Positions 39,955-53,200 of a stretch of 55,430 nucleotides of DNA are shown piece after piece. Under the pieces are notes generated by a model. The model did not search any database and was not told where the DNA came from. It was given only the letters and a program-made list of their open reading frames with translations. The position numbers and the translations under genes were made by a program. The stretch comes from Octopus bimaculoides (taxonomy: Eukaryota), in NCBI RefSeq assembly GCF_001194135.2, contig NC_068982.1:158549160-158604589 (forward strand), read 5' to 3'. Each line of letters opens with the position of its first letter. The first letter of the stretch is position 1.

Positions 39955-42756
39955 NNNNNNNNNNNNNNNNNNNNNNNNNNNNNNNNNNNNNNNNNNNNNN
40001 NNNNNNNNNNNNNNNNNNNNNNNNNNNNNNNNNNNNNNNNNNNNNNNNNNNNNNNNNNNNNNNNNNNNNNNNNNNNNNNNNNNNNNNNNNNNNNNNNNNN
40101 NNNNNNNNNNNNNNNNNNNNNNNNNNNNNNNNNNNNNNNNNNNNNNNNNNNNNNNNNNNNNNNNNNNNNNNNNNNNNNNNNNNNNNNNNNNNNNNNNNNN
40201 NNNNNNNNNNNNNNNNNNNNNNNNNNNNNNNNNNNNNNNNNNNNNNNNNNNNNNNNNNNNNNNNNNNNNNNNNNNNNNNNNNNNNNNNNNNNNNNNNNNN
40301 NNNNNNNNNNNNNNNNNNNNNNNNNNNNNNNNNNNNNNNNNNNNNATATATATAAGGCAATGTGTGATAACATCATATGGGAAAACGTGAATGTGACATT
40401 TGTAGAACTTTCTGAAACGTTTTGTAAACAAGTTTGAATAATATTCTTATGTGAGAATACAACAGTCAGTATAACTTATATATAAATGTACAACGTTTTG
40501 ACAGGAAGAAATGAGTGAAGTTCTGTTTTGAAATGTAGTTGCTACTTATTTACTTAGAAGCATAAATAATTTTGGCATGCCGAAATCCACAAAGTTTCGA
40601 GCAAAACACTTTGAGATGAAATATTTACTGCAAGTCCTGGGCAATGAATTGGGATAGGTGGACTTAAGTGTATGTTAATAATTTGAAGTTGTAACAATGA
40701 AGTTATAACTTACGTGTGTATTTAAGTTAACAGCATCAGAAATTTATGTAAATTTTTCCCCTCAATTGTTAACGCCGGGACAAAGGAGGAAAGGAAATTA
40801 TACTTCTGTCGTAAACTTAGATCCAGTCATAGAAACTTCTTGTGAGAATTTCTAATATGATGACATTTACAATTGAATTCCTTCTGCTGTTATGTTGTAG
40901 CAACTTCATACATAGTATTTGTCGTTGTACATATACAAGTATTCATTATTGCATAATACTCAGAGATACACACAATAACGTGTTCCATGTCTAAAAGTAG
41001 TCGGTAACTCCAATCAACCACGATATTTAATGATTGAATACTATGCTGTAATTGAGGGTCAATCGCCAATGCATGTTAATTTTGAATAATATTTCAAATT
41101 CCATGATTATTAGTCCTGTCTTACTTAATAGCATTTAATAATTAAGATACTGATTTGTTTTCATAACCACGTATTTAATTTTAATGAATTAAACTTTATT
41201 CTTCCACTATATTAACTATGTTCGTTTTCAAATTAGTATTTGTTTTCATGAAGTACGCTTGTCTGGACATCCCTCGCCCACCATCGTTTTTATATATCTT
41301 AGGTTTAGATGTAAAGTTAATTAAAATAAGCCTGCTGTAGTTCACCTCTTTTAAATCGTTTAGATGTTGACATGGCAACAGGAGAGAGAAATATGGCCAG
41401 CAAGGTTGCAGAGAATGTTACCAATTTCTGAAGGAAACAGTCGGTGAATTGTCAAGCATCACGGCAGTAGAAATTTGCGGTGCATATATGTAACCAGATG
41501 ATCGAAAACTGCTGTAATTAACTTTCAGGTCAACACTTATAGAAAAATCACATCGAGAATGGCAATCCAATTGTGATTGCCACTCCTTCATGTGGGATTA
41601 CACACTTTAAAGTTTGTAAGATTTGGTACAGAAGAGAAATAAAAGGCTTCAGTAAACTAATGCTTGAAGTGTGTCATTGAAAAGCTAATTCTGAAAACAG
41701 TTAAATACGTTTCTTTTTAAATTGTCTTCAGTAACATTACCCGTTGATAATTTATGACTAATATTCTAATTATAGGTTTAATTGAACATTGGAAGTAACA
41801 GAAAACACTAAGAGATGGAGGATTTACAGGGATTCACTTTGTTTGGGTTTTATATCTGAGTTTGTTTAACATCATAGAGAAACTGAAAATATTTCATGTA
41901 GAGCTTATGTACAAATATCGTATAAAGGAAACCCAGCCTTAGTGGTCCCACTATCTTCATACGCAAGTTCTTTTAGCAACAGCATGTTACTCGATTCTGC
42001 ATATAAGCACAAACTGACACATCCACCCTCCGCTCGCTTGCACACACATACACACATATCTACACACACAAACACATCTACACAAACGAAAACACACATG
42101 TATACATACATGAAGTCTGTCAATTCAAAGACAAGCATGACAATCAATAGCAATGCTAAAGAGAATGGCTGTCAGCAGCGCCCATGGTGAAATTTAAAGT
42201 CATGTGATCTAGTAGCTAGGAAGAACGAGACTTTCGACTTTGCTTTGAGACGGATGATTTTTCGGAATTTCCTTCTAGTGTTTTGGCTAATCAAAGACTT
42301 GAAGTCTTTCAAATGTTAGACTGCCGGCGATTTTTCTGAGTTCACCCCACTTTCAAAGGCATTGGNNNNNNNNNNNNNNNNNNNNNNNNNNNNNNNNNNN
42401 NNNNNNNNNNNNNNNNNNNNNNNNNNNNNNNNNNNNNNNNNNNNNNNNNNNNNNNNNNNNNNNNNNNNNNNNNNNNNNNNNNNNNNNNNNNNNNNNNNNN
42501 NNNNNNNNNNNNNNNNNNNNNNNNNNNNNNNNNNNNNNNNNNNNNNNNNNNNNNNNNNNNNNNNNNNNNNNNNNNNNNNNNNNNNNNNNNNNNNNNNNNN
42601 NNNNNNNNNNNNNNNNNNNNNNNNNNNNNNNNNNNNNNNNNNNNNNNNNNNNNNNNNNNNNNNNNNNNNNNNNNNNNNNNNNNNNNNNNNNNNNNNNNNN
42701 NNNNNNNNNNNNNNNNNNNNNNNNNNNNNNNNNNNNNNNNNNNNNNNNNNNNNATA

Positions 42757-42801
<45 letters not shown>

Positions 42802-44965
42802 GCAAGCATGTATGTAAGAATAATTCTTACTTTAGCTAAACGTTAAAAAAACAACAATATTTGTAGCAAAGATAATATTCGTGGAGACTCAAAGAAATTA
42901 AATATGTGGACACTATTTTCGATAATTAACTCATACAAATGTAATATCCAGATTACTTTTGCGTGAAAGTGTGGTTGAGTGAAATATCCAAATGCGAGTA
43001 CTTGAATACTGACGTTTGACCCCACCCCCCATCCCTCCAAGCGTATATTATTTGAGCGTTATTAATCGCCATCAGAGCGAGCGCATGTTTAAATTTTAAA
43101 TACAGTTTGGATATTTCGGATTTCTTTCATGTTTTATAAATGTCACTCTGTCCGTACTTGCTTAAAGCTATTATGGATCAGTCTCTTCAATCCTCGGATA
43201 ACACTCAAACCACTTTGCTGGTATACGCATGCAGATATGTGTGTGCGCGCGTGTATGCGTGTAAGTTGTTGTGTGTGTGTGTTTGTGTGTGTTTGTGTTT
43301 GCATTTGTGCCTGTGTGTATATGAATGTGCGTGTATACATATGCAATATGTGCATACATTATATATATGAGTGTGCATGTAGACGGGCGGATGAATTTGT
43401 ATGTGAATGTATATACATATTATTACATTACCTATTATGTGTATTGGATGTGAGAGTGAGTGTAGGTGTATATTTAAACACATGGTAATAATGATATATA
43501 TATTTATATATATANNNNNNNNNNNNNNNNNNNNNNNNNNNNNNNNNNNNNNNNNNNNNNNNNNNNNNNNNNNNNNNNNNNNNNNNNNNNNNNNNGAGAG
43601 AGAGAGAGAGAGAGAGAGGTGGAGAGGAAGATAGGTGGAGAGGGAGAGAAAACTGATTAAAAACAAAATTGACATCTTGAATTATCATTAACAAGCTGAC
43701 TCTGTTGGTGCCATGGGAAATGTTTCAACGTTGTGAGAGGCACGGTTCTCTGTATTTGAGTAATACAAAAAGAAGAGAAAAAACACATCAACAAATATGA
43801 ATAATACTTAGAAAGTGAATATGTATTTACAATAAGTAAAGAATATGGTAAGAAACAAAATCATTAAGAAATTAACTAGATTCATCTCAGCGTTACCCTC
43901 TTCTGTGGAAGAAAATACTAACGGTCAAAATCATCTTAGTCATTGTGATGCCTTCTTGTTAGACATATCCAGGACCGCATTTTGCAATATTTCGCATCCA
44001 TTTCAGTGATTGTGGGAAGATCTTGTTGCTATTACTAACAGGTAATTATACAACAGAAAGCTCCTGAGTCAGTGTCTAGTAGAATCATTATCGTTGGCTC
44101 ATCATGTGTGCGTATATACATGTGTGCACGTGTGTCTATATGAATGTGTGCTTTTTCCCAAGTGCGTGTTGTGTGCGTGTGTTTGTGCGTATGCGTGTGT
44201 GTGTGAAGGCGCGCTATGTCACTATTGATAATCGTATAAAGTAGTCGAAATGGAAATAATGGCAAATATGCAATTCCTTTATATTGATAATCTGCTTATA
44301 ACTAAATCAGTAATTATTCACGAAGTGTATGATGAAGAACAAGCTAACACGTACATGCATTATCTACCCTTCTTCATCACAGATGAGCTGGCATCCAATA
44401 ATATGAAGCAATTCATCTGTAAATAAACATTCATGTAACTGGCCAATATTTGATGAGAAACTTGTGCGAAAATACCAAAATGTGTATTTGGAAAATTCTA
44501 CTATTCATAATTAATAAAATGGATGCTTATTTTTTAAATACTATGTATGACAGCTAACAGTGAACGTGACTGAGTTGATAAAAAATTTATAATAGAAATG
44601 GAAATTTCGAGTGGAGATAATGATAGTATATCACCTTACATGGGCACGCACGCAGGCGCGCGCGCGCACACACACACACACACACATACACACACAAAGA
44701 CACATACACACATCCTTTATTGTGATACTGCTTATATTGAGTACTGAATGTTAGTGAGATGAAGAGTATCGTGCTTGGTTTAGACATGGACTGTGTAGTG
44801 GTTAGACTGATGATAGTGTATGGCTGATACGTGGTTCTACTGTTTTCTGGAGGTTATAATACGACTTTTTTTTAATAGTATGTAGATATGTAAGGGTGTG
44901 AGAGTATGTATGTATGTATGTATGTATGTGTGTGGGTATGTATGTATATATGTATGTATGTATGA

Positions 44966-45004
<39 letters not shown>

Positions 45005-45007
<3 letters not shown>

Positions 45008-45290
45008 AAAATTCACAAAAAAAAACAAACAAAAGACGAAGACAGGTGGTATAGACAAAAAACTGATGTATTAGTTTAACGCTCTGGAAGTGAAAAAAGT
45101 CTTTAACGTTTCGAGCCGACGCTCTTCCATAGATAGGAACACAGAAAGAAACAAGCAGAGAAAATAAAGAATGTGTAGTGGCTAGCGATCTATCATGACG
45201 AATGCCGGACAGAAGTGTCTCACAGGAGAGCTAGGAAGAAGGGGAGATAATAAAGTAGTCCTAATCCCAAAACGAAGGTGTGCGTGCGTA
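45005..45290 (+). mobile_element. Dispersed repeat family C
   Basis: Homologous to 12380-12710; contains the hammerhead-like motif at 45101-45136 on the minus strand. Confidence 0.7.
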
Positions 45291-45532
45291 TGTATAAGAG
45301 AGTATGTATGTGCATGTGGAAGAAGGCTGGTGACCTTGACGGGTGCGTGTGTATGTGTAGGTGTGAAATGGTGGGGCTAGGAAGTGGTCAGTGCTAGTGT
45401 GGTGTGATGTGATGTGTTGTGTAGTATGGTGATGTATGGTGTAGTCGTTTTCGGTGTGGTGTGATGGTGTTGGGAGGTGGGGGAAGCGAGAATAGGGAAA
45501 GCAAGGGTGGGGTGTGGATTAGGCTGTGGGTG

Positions 45533-45570
<38 letters not shown>

Positions 45571-45576
45571 TATATA

Positions 45577-46149
45577 TAGGGTTATTCAAAAAGAAAAAAA
45601 CAGATTTTACGTTTATTTTCAAAACAAACGGTAAGATACACAAACACACGCTACATATTTCTTGATAGGTTTAGGTTTAAAGTTTATTTTAAAGACGTAT
45701 GCACTCTACATGAGCACAATGAGCACTATGCGCACCTGTGCTTTTTCCATTACAAACGCAGCCTTTACCTGTGAAATTCTTACGCCATTCGTAAATGTGC
45801 TTGTGACGAGGTGGATTTTCATTGAATTGGCGGCGAAATTTAAGTTGCACTTGCACAATCGATTTGCATTTCTCAAACTGCAGCACACAAAAGACTTTTC
45901 TTGTGGCGTCGCCATTTTCTAAGTGATTACCCAAATGAAAATTATACAACTTTATAAATAAAATGAACAAAATGAAACATTAATTCAAAATTAAAATATT
46001 ATTTTATTTAAGGCTTAACTCAATTGATCACGTTCAGCTGTCAACTTTAAAATTTCCCCCATCAAGAAATATTTAGAATGTGTTTGTGTCTCTTACCGTT
46101 TGTTTTAAAAATATATTTGAAATCTGGTCTTTCTTTTTGAATAACCCTG
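45577..46149 (-). mobile_element. Non-autonomous Tc1/mariner element with an N-terminal HTH remnant (DUF4817-like)
   Basis: TIRs (t/c)agggttattcaaaaagaaa..cagattt and ttctttttgaataaccctg with TA TSD. The minus strand reads MATPQEK, then after a frameshift FCVLQFEKCKSIVQVQLKFRRQFNENPPRHKHIYEWRKNFTGKGCVCNGKSTG. Confidence 0.9.
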
Positions 46150-46342
46150 TATGTATATGCATAATCATAGGGGCATGGGTGTGAGGTTAAAAATGTTTTA
46201 CACCCACGTGGTTTCAAGATTTCTCCCACACCGCAGTATCTTAGGCACATGTCTTATACTATAGCTCCGAGTTGACCAAAGCTTTGTAAGCGAATTTAGT
46301 GAATGGAAATATTTTCAGATGCCGTTCATTTATGTATAGATT

Positions 46343-46389
<47 letters not shown>

Positions 46390-47654
46390 GCGCGCGTAGG
46401 TGCGTGTGAGTGCCTGTACGTGTGTGCTCGTGCTTGTGTGTACGCACGTATACGCGCGTGATTTTATGCTTTTGCTTCAGTTTCCTTCGGAGTTGGTTTG
46501 TTTACGTTCCTGTCATTTAATAGTCCGGCAAATAAGATCGACCGATTTAGTACAATTGATAAACAAAAGACAATAATGAAGAGAAAGATATTGGCGTTGA
46601 TTTGGTTGGCAGCTGGCCACAGTTCAGTGACTGATGCAAAGGATAAACAAACAAAAAATACATGCAAACATGAATAATCATACATAAACACGCACCGTAT
46701 AACAAAAAGATAAAGGTCACGATGGGAATATATCAATCTTAAAACAGTGATAAAACTTTCAACGATTATCTGAAGCCCTGTACTTTCACAGTAATACGTT
46801 AAATACCTTGTATTAAGCAGTCTCGGATGTATAAGCAATTTATTGTGGAAAGTGAGCGAGATATATTAATTGATACAAACTCGAAGTGTCTGGTTTTATT
46901 GATGTACGTTTCTCTTTGTCTTGTTGCCTCTCTCTTTCTCACACAGATACACAAAACACGCACACATACTCATACATATATTTTTACACACACACATACA
47001 CACACACACACACATACACACACACACACACACATAGATATAGAAGTATACCTAATTTGATAGGTATGCCTTCTATACGAGTAGCTATGTATATCATACC
47101 TGTGTCATATGTGACGTGTTCGAAGTATACTAATGTTATATTTAGGCATTTCATGAAGACAAGTAACTTATGAAACTAAATATATAACTTCATTCAAATA
47201 GATTAATCCTATTACTGCTGCTTATGTTATTGCTATATGTACTGCTAATGAAAATCATTGTGATGGCCGTAGTGTCTGTGATTGTGATGTGGTGGTGGCA
47301 TGGAATATCATAGAAATAATGTTTTATAATAAAAGTTACATATGGCTGCAACAGATTATGTGGGCACTAAGACTTACGTCAGCAACCCACGGAGGAAAGA
47401 TTATATATTATTATGTTTGGTGGAATTTATATTTAGAGCTACCTAAATTAATATGTTAAAACGTTTCCTCTCACTTTACGAATATTGTCATTTGTTGCCT
47501 TATTAATTGTTTCTAAAAATGGCAGGAGACTACACTTATATGAAATGGTTTATTGGCTTTGATAGACAAAACCACTCGTTAAATACTTATTTCAGCGTAC
47601 TTGCAGGAGCCGTTCAAAGTTATTTTTGACAAAGTTTAAAATCAATATTTGTTA

Positions 47655-48072
47655 GCGCAGGCATATCTGTGTGGTAAGTAGCTTGGTTCCCATCAACATG
47701 GCTCTCGGTTCAGTCCCACTGCGTGACAATTTGTGCTAATGTCAACTTCTATAACCTACGTCTATAACCTTCGGCCTTGTGAGTGGATTTGGTAGACGGA
47801 AACGGAAACTGAAGGTATCCCGTAGTTTATATGTATATACATTTATATCAATGTGTATGTGTCTTTGTCAGTGTGTTTGCCCTCCACCACCTCCACCGCT
47901 TGACAACTGGTGCTGATGTAATTACACCCCCGTAACTTAGGAGTTCGTTAAAAGAGGCCGATAGGATAAGCACCAGACTTTAAGAAACTAAAATAAGTAC
48001 ATTTGGCTAAACATTCTTGAAGGCAGTGCCACTATATGGCCGCCGTCTGATGACTCAAACGAGTAAAAGATT
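47655..48072 (+). mobile_element. SINE family B, near full length
   Basis: gcgcaggcatatctgtgtggtaagtagcttgg...ttcagtcccactgcgtg...gtggatttggtagacggaaac...cgtaacttag...gagtaaaaga. Confidence 0.85.
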
Positions 48073-48789
48073 AAAAAAATGTACTTCCTAAACCCGCTCA
48101 TGACATCTTACAATGATCACCTAAGCTTAAGTGATCACTCAACACATGCTACCATCCTAGAATACATCCTCGTCCCCCATCAAATGTCATACACTAAATT
48201 ATTACGGTCACTCGTCAACGCAAACTAACCGTCAATGCTCACCTACATATAACTTCTAACTTCTTTTTCTTAGTGAACTGTGATAACTGTACGATAAAAA
48301 TAACAAAGGCAAATATAGCACAATTTAAAATAGCACCACACTATACACAGGTAATTGATCTTAGCTTAATCAAAGTTGAATAATTAAAGCATTTTGTATT
48401 TGTGAGATTAATGTTAAAAGATCTTCTAATTATTATCAGAAGATAAAATGTAATTGATCATAGCTTAACTAAAATAAATTACTTAAAGCACATTGTGTTA
48501 TTGAGATTAATTGATTCATGATTAATTGGATAAAGGAAAACGTCGTAGTGAACTAATAACTTAAATATCCAAATACGCACTGAAACATAAGCGAAAGATA
48601 ATGAACCCGTCAATTCCCTCCATACCAAATATATATTTTGTGGACAAATACAAGTGCATACGCATATACTGACACAAACATATAATATACACATTGGCTT
48701 GTTTGGGACATTTAAATTTACCTCTTTTGACTTACATTATTTGCCGAGTTAGTCATACGAGAAGTATGAAACAGAAAAAGTGTAGATGT

Positions 48790-48798
48790 GCGTGAAAA

Positions 48799-48829
<31 letters not shown>

Positions 48830-49000
48830 GATAGATAGAGAGACATACATACAAAGAGAGAGACAGAGAGAGAGAGAGAAGCAGAGAGAGAGAGAGAGAA
48901 GCAGAGAGAGAGAGAAGCAGAGAGAGAGAGAGACGCGGAGAGANNNNNNNNNNAGACGCGGAGAGAGAGAGAAGGGGAGGGAGGGGAGGGAGGGGAGAGA
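48790..49000. repeat. (GA)n/(GATA)n compound purine-rich microsatellite
   Basis: Direct reading. Confidence 0.9.
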
Positions 49001-49699
49001 GTGTGGATACATACAGGGATATACACGAATGCAATATATAAGCGCAGGTACAACTGAGAAAGTAATAAAAATAGAATAACCTTATTCTCAGACATTATAT
49101 AAATGCATTTATACAACCAAATATATTTCTTCGTCCAAATAATTTACTTGCGCCACACTATTCATTTCCACCAGTTCTTTCGTCCTGAAACATAAAGTCT
49201 CGGATTTTACAACCACTGCACGTATTTTTCCAGAGTTGTCAACCTTGTAGCTATTCGAGAGTAGCTTCAATCAGATCGGGATCGGAAGACCTTGAGTGGG
49301 TCATGAGCACAACTCCATTCTCCATACACATGTTTTAAAATATAAACAAGCAACATATTTCACAACCAATCTGTTGGTTCTGGTATCGATCACATTAAGA
49401 ATAATTTATAGCATTTGCATAAAAGCATACCTTTCCTAATGAGGATTCTTCTACAAATGTGACGGTAATTTCATTATATCAACTTCTTAAAGTTGATAAG
49501 GTTAATTTGAATTTGCCGGAGATTGAACTCAGAATGTAACGAAACCTAATTAGATAATGTATCATATATTTTTGGACGCTGTAACAAATCTACCATATCC
49601 AGTGCAGGCCTCATAATAAATGACAGATATAGTAGAGGTGTTAGAATTCGGAAAGATATGAAATAAATCACAATTTCAAGGTCATTTCCATTTATCCTA

Positions 49700-50200
49700 A
49701 TCATCTTTCCCTGGGTCACACTTTCATAAATTCACTGGTTGAATGCATTTCTTTCCACCCTGACTTTCCATTGCAAGTGGAGCTTGAACAAGTCGATGGG
49801 GTATTGCAGACGAAGGTATGTCACCAAATCTTTCAGCTTCCTCCAACTCACAACATCGTTCTACGTAGCTGAAACCAGATGTTCCAACATTTTTTTGATG
49901 TTATTGTTTAGAGGTGGATGGTTTGGTGATGCTCAACAGGGATCACCGGCCATTACTACGACTCTTCCAATAAGCAACAACAGCTGTTCGAATAGTGTTC
50001 GAAAGCGTGCAGTACGGTTTTGTTGCTCCGCAGACTGTCCTAGTAGCGCCTCTTTGTAGCTCTACTAGGCCAAGGTTGTCAGAAAATTATCCATCGTAGA
50101 CCCCCTACCCGAACGTCATGCAAATGAGACCAGCTCCTCGTCGAGACCTTGAGTTTCCTCGAGCTCCTCATCGCTCTTAAACACCTGTACTTCTCTATAA
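49700..50200 (-). mobile_element. Possible degenerate RTE-like LINE 3' region
   Basis: Richer in GC than its flanks. The minus strand reads KRRY*DSLR, resembling the (K/R)RYKDSLK motif. Weak match. Confidence 0.3.
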
Positions 50201-53200
50201 ATTATGAACCATTTCTATTTTTCTTCTTGGTGATTTCGTTATTATATTATCACATAATTGTAATGTTGCTACATTTCATAGATATTCTATAACAAACACT
50301 CCTTTTATAATAAATTTTATATGCGGATCCAAAGCTTTTCTCCAAAGTTTTGAAATAGACTTCGGAGAGTTTCAATGCATATTCGAAAGCTAATTGGGTA
50401 AAATATCTCTTAAAAGATTGGAATTGATCCTCTTATTCTCATTTGGCAAAGATTATGTTTCACTTATTTGAGTTCTTTTGTAACATTAGCACCATCGCTT
50501 CACTTTTTCAGTCCAAACTATATCCCAATCGCATCACATTTTACTTGACAGTTGCAGGCGATGAGAAAATGTTCATTCGGGTTTGTAGCTTTAGAAAATT
50601 TGAAGGAATTTTAATCACATATACCCCCTTGGAGATATAAATCCAACATGAGAAAAATGATAGTTGAAATTACTCCCTTTTTGTAATAATCCTAGGTTTA
50701 AAAGGAAATACTTTTAAGGAAAATAAGCATGACATGAGTATTAAAAAAAAAAAATAACAAATTCCCTTTAGATAAAAATATATATAAAATATTTTAAAGA
50801 TTCAACACATAGTTACCAAAGACTGCACGCATGGCAGTATTATATATGTATATGCACACATACACACACACACACATATATCATACACATAGCTACTCTG
50901 AAATGGCCATTTCCCGTTTTTATTTCACCCTGCTTCGCTTCATGAAAGTCCTCCTTATGTCTTCATTCTGTGTGAAAATAAGTTCTACTGGTATGCTAGG
51001 GTCAATATACTCTATAATGTAACATAACGAAATGTGAGGCATACTGCTAATGTTAGATTGTTTTATTAAGAATGTTTAAAAAAATCATTAATAATCTATG
51101 TTGAACGATCTCATATGTAAACATCTTTATCCACAACGGAATTTACGTTAGTAAATTCCTGCCATAATTTTCTACTTGAAGAACTTCATAGTTGTAATGC
51201 AAGTGACATATGATAATAAATATACGTGAATTATCACTATCCAAAAACAAAAAGATAAACACGCACACGCGCACGCAGAGTTAGACACATGTATATAGAG
51301 ATGACACAGACAGAGGCAGAGAGAGAAGGAAAGGAAGAAGTAGAATGGGGGAGTGTGTTATAGGCATGTGTAATTGTATTTACAACTTTGTTATATTCCG
51401 TGAAGCGTTGTGTATAAACTATACATTTGTCCGCACATATATACAGATAGAAAACATTTATCATTATCATTCTTCCTCAATGTCCTGTTCTATACCGCTT
51501 CATCGTTTCATGCATCCTCTCGTACTTTTCTGACCATCCACAATCTGGACATTAGCTTATCAAAAGCTGTGCATATTGTATTCAATAACACACGCACAAA
51601 CTCATACAACACATATACATACATGTATGCAGGATACATATATTTATATGTAAGCGTTCTGAAAAATCTGAATCAATATATAAATTTATATCGGTAACAT
51701 AGAAGAATATTCTGTATTTTTTTTACTCGTTCTTAATTTAGGACTCATCTCACTATATTTCATATAATTTTAAGCACGTATTAAAAGAAGTGTAACATAC
51801 TGTTTAACTATTCAGCGGAAACACTCAACCTCGTTAAGTATGTATTTCATGTGACAACATTTTTCAGCAAAATATATCTAAAAACAATTACCTGGGAACC
51901 TAGCGAAGTTTACTCCTACCAGCATATTTCAAAGACTAAAGCCATTTTTTCCTTGAATAAGTACTGCTGACATTGATGTGTGTCTGATATGCTTGTGATT
52001 TTATTTATTGCCACCAAAAACATACATACATTACACACATGCATTTTGTTTGTATTGTAAATCATTACAGCTAATTGGGTGGTGACTATAAACCAAAAAT
52101 GTACAATAACATTGCACATTTCTTTTCATGTAGTGTTTTATTTTCTCCAAGTTTCATTGTAGATCGTTTCATTTTTCTATCAGTTTTCAGTGCGAATATC
52201 TTGTGTTTTTCCCTTTTTTTTAACTCAATATCTATTTCAAAATTCAGTATTATGTATTTAACGATGCATCCACTAATATTACTAATAACTCACCTCCTCT
52301 AATATTAAAGGTAATAAAATATGACATACACTTTTTTCACCCAGGCTTCAAATCTAGAAAGTCTTAAATGATTTTCTCCTGATGCGTCGGCCATCTAGTT
52401 TCAGTAAGCTGCAAGAATAATGCACCGCAAATACAAGTTACAATTCTGGGTTTAAAAAACAACCTCACCAAAGAATTGGATTGTTATCAGAATAATTGAC
52501 ATTTTCTCCCATTATGAAATAGTGTATAAGTTGTAAGTACGGTTAAATCAATTGTTATCTGATATGTTTCTGCCTTATTCACATCGTTATTCACTTTCTC
52601 TCGTTCTATCTATCTATCTATTTTTCTATCTATCTATCTATTTTTCTGTGTATGTGAGCGTGCACGCATGCATGTATATACGTGTGCACGTATGCATGTA
52701 CGTATGTATATGATAATATATAATTTTTAAAACTATTTCATATGTAATAGTACATAGAGGATTCTTCTTGGGAAGTACACGCTTCAGGATTCTCTTTCTG
52801 CATGGATGTTATTCATGGAAAGATACATGCTACTATATTATACAGAATATAACCACTCAACAGAAAAGTGTAAGTATGCTATTTTATTAAACTATTTCTT
52901 ACCTACCTTGAAATACTGTATATAATTAATCGTCTAGATAGTATGTATAATAAACAGTTCAGAAACCGACACTTTCTGTAACTCAGTTAGTACCAATATT
53001 TTTTCCTCATAGTAAGTTAAAACACTACCATTAAATTCAGCGTGAAGAGATCATTAGCGAGTTGAAGGATTTAATATACGTTTCACATAGTATTAGTGCG
53101 TTCTATTGGTTTCATCTAATCATGCACGTAAGGCCGACACCTCTCGACATATTTCAGTATTAATGAACATCAACGAAATACAGCCTTCTCTCTTCTTACA

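Noticed and set aside
41545-41691. Minus frame ELAFQ*...KCVIPHEGVAITIGLP resembles ELAF and C-x5-GVA motifs
   Set aside because: It has an in-frame stop and much shorter spacing than the receptor; treated as chance.
46482-46678. Plus open frame ending MKRKILALIWLAAGHSSVTDAKDKQTKNTCKHE*, signal-peptide-like
   Set aside because: Only 33 codons follow the ATG, there is no homology, and the opposite strand is also open; no evidence of coding function.
48047-48070. CTGATGA-CTC-AAAC-GAG-TAAA, hammerhead-like
   Set aside because: It is a mutated SINE B tail (consensus-like caaatgactgaaacaagtaaaag) and lacks GAAA.
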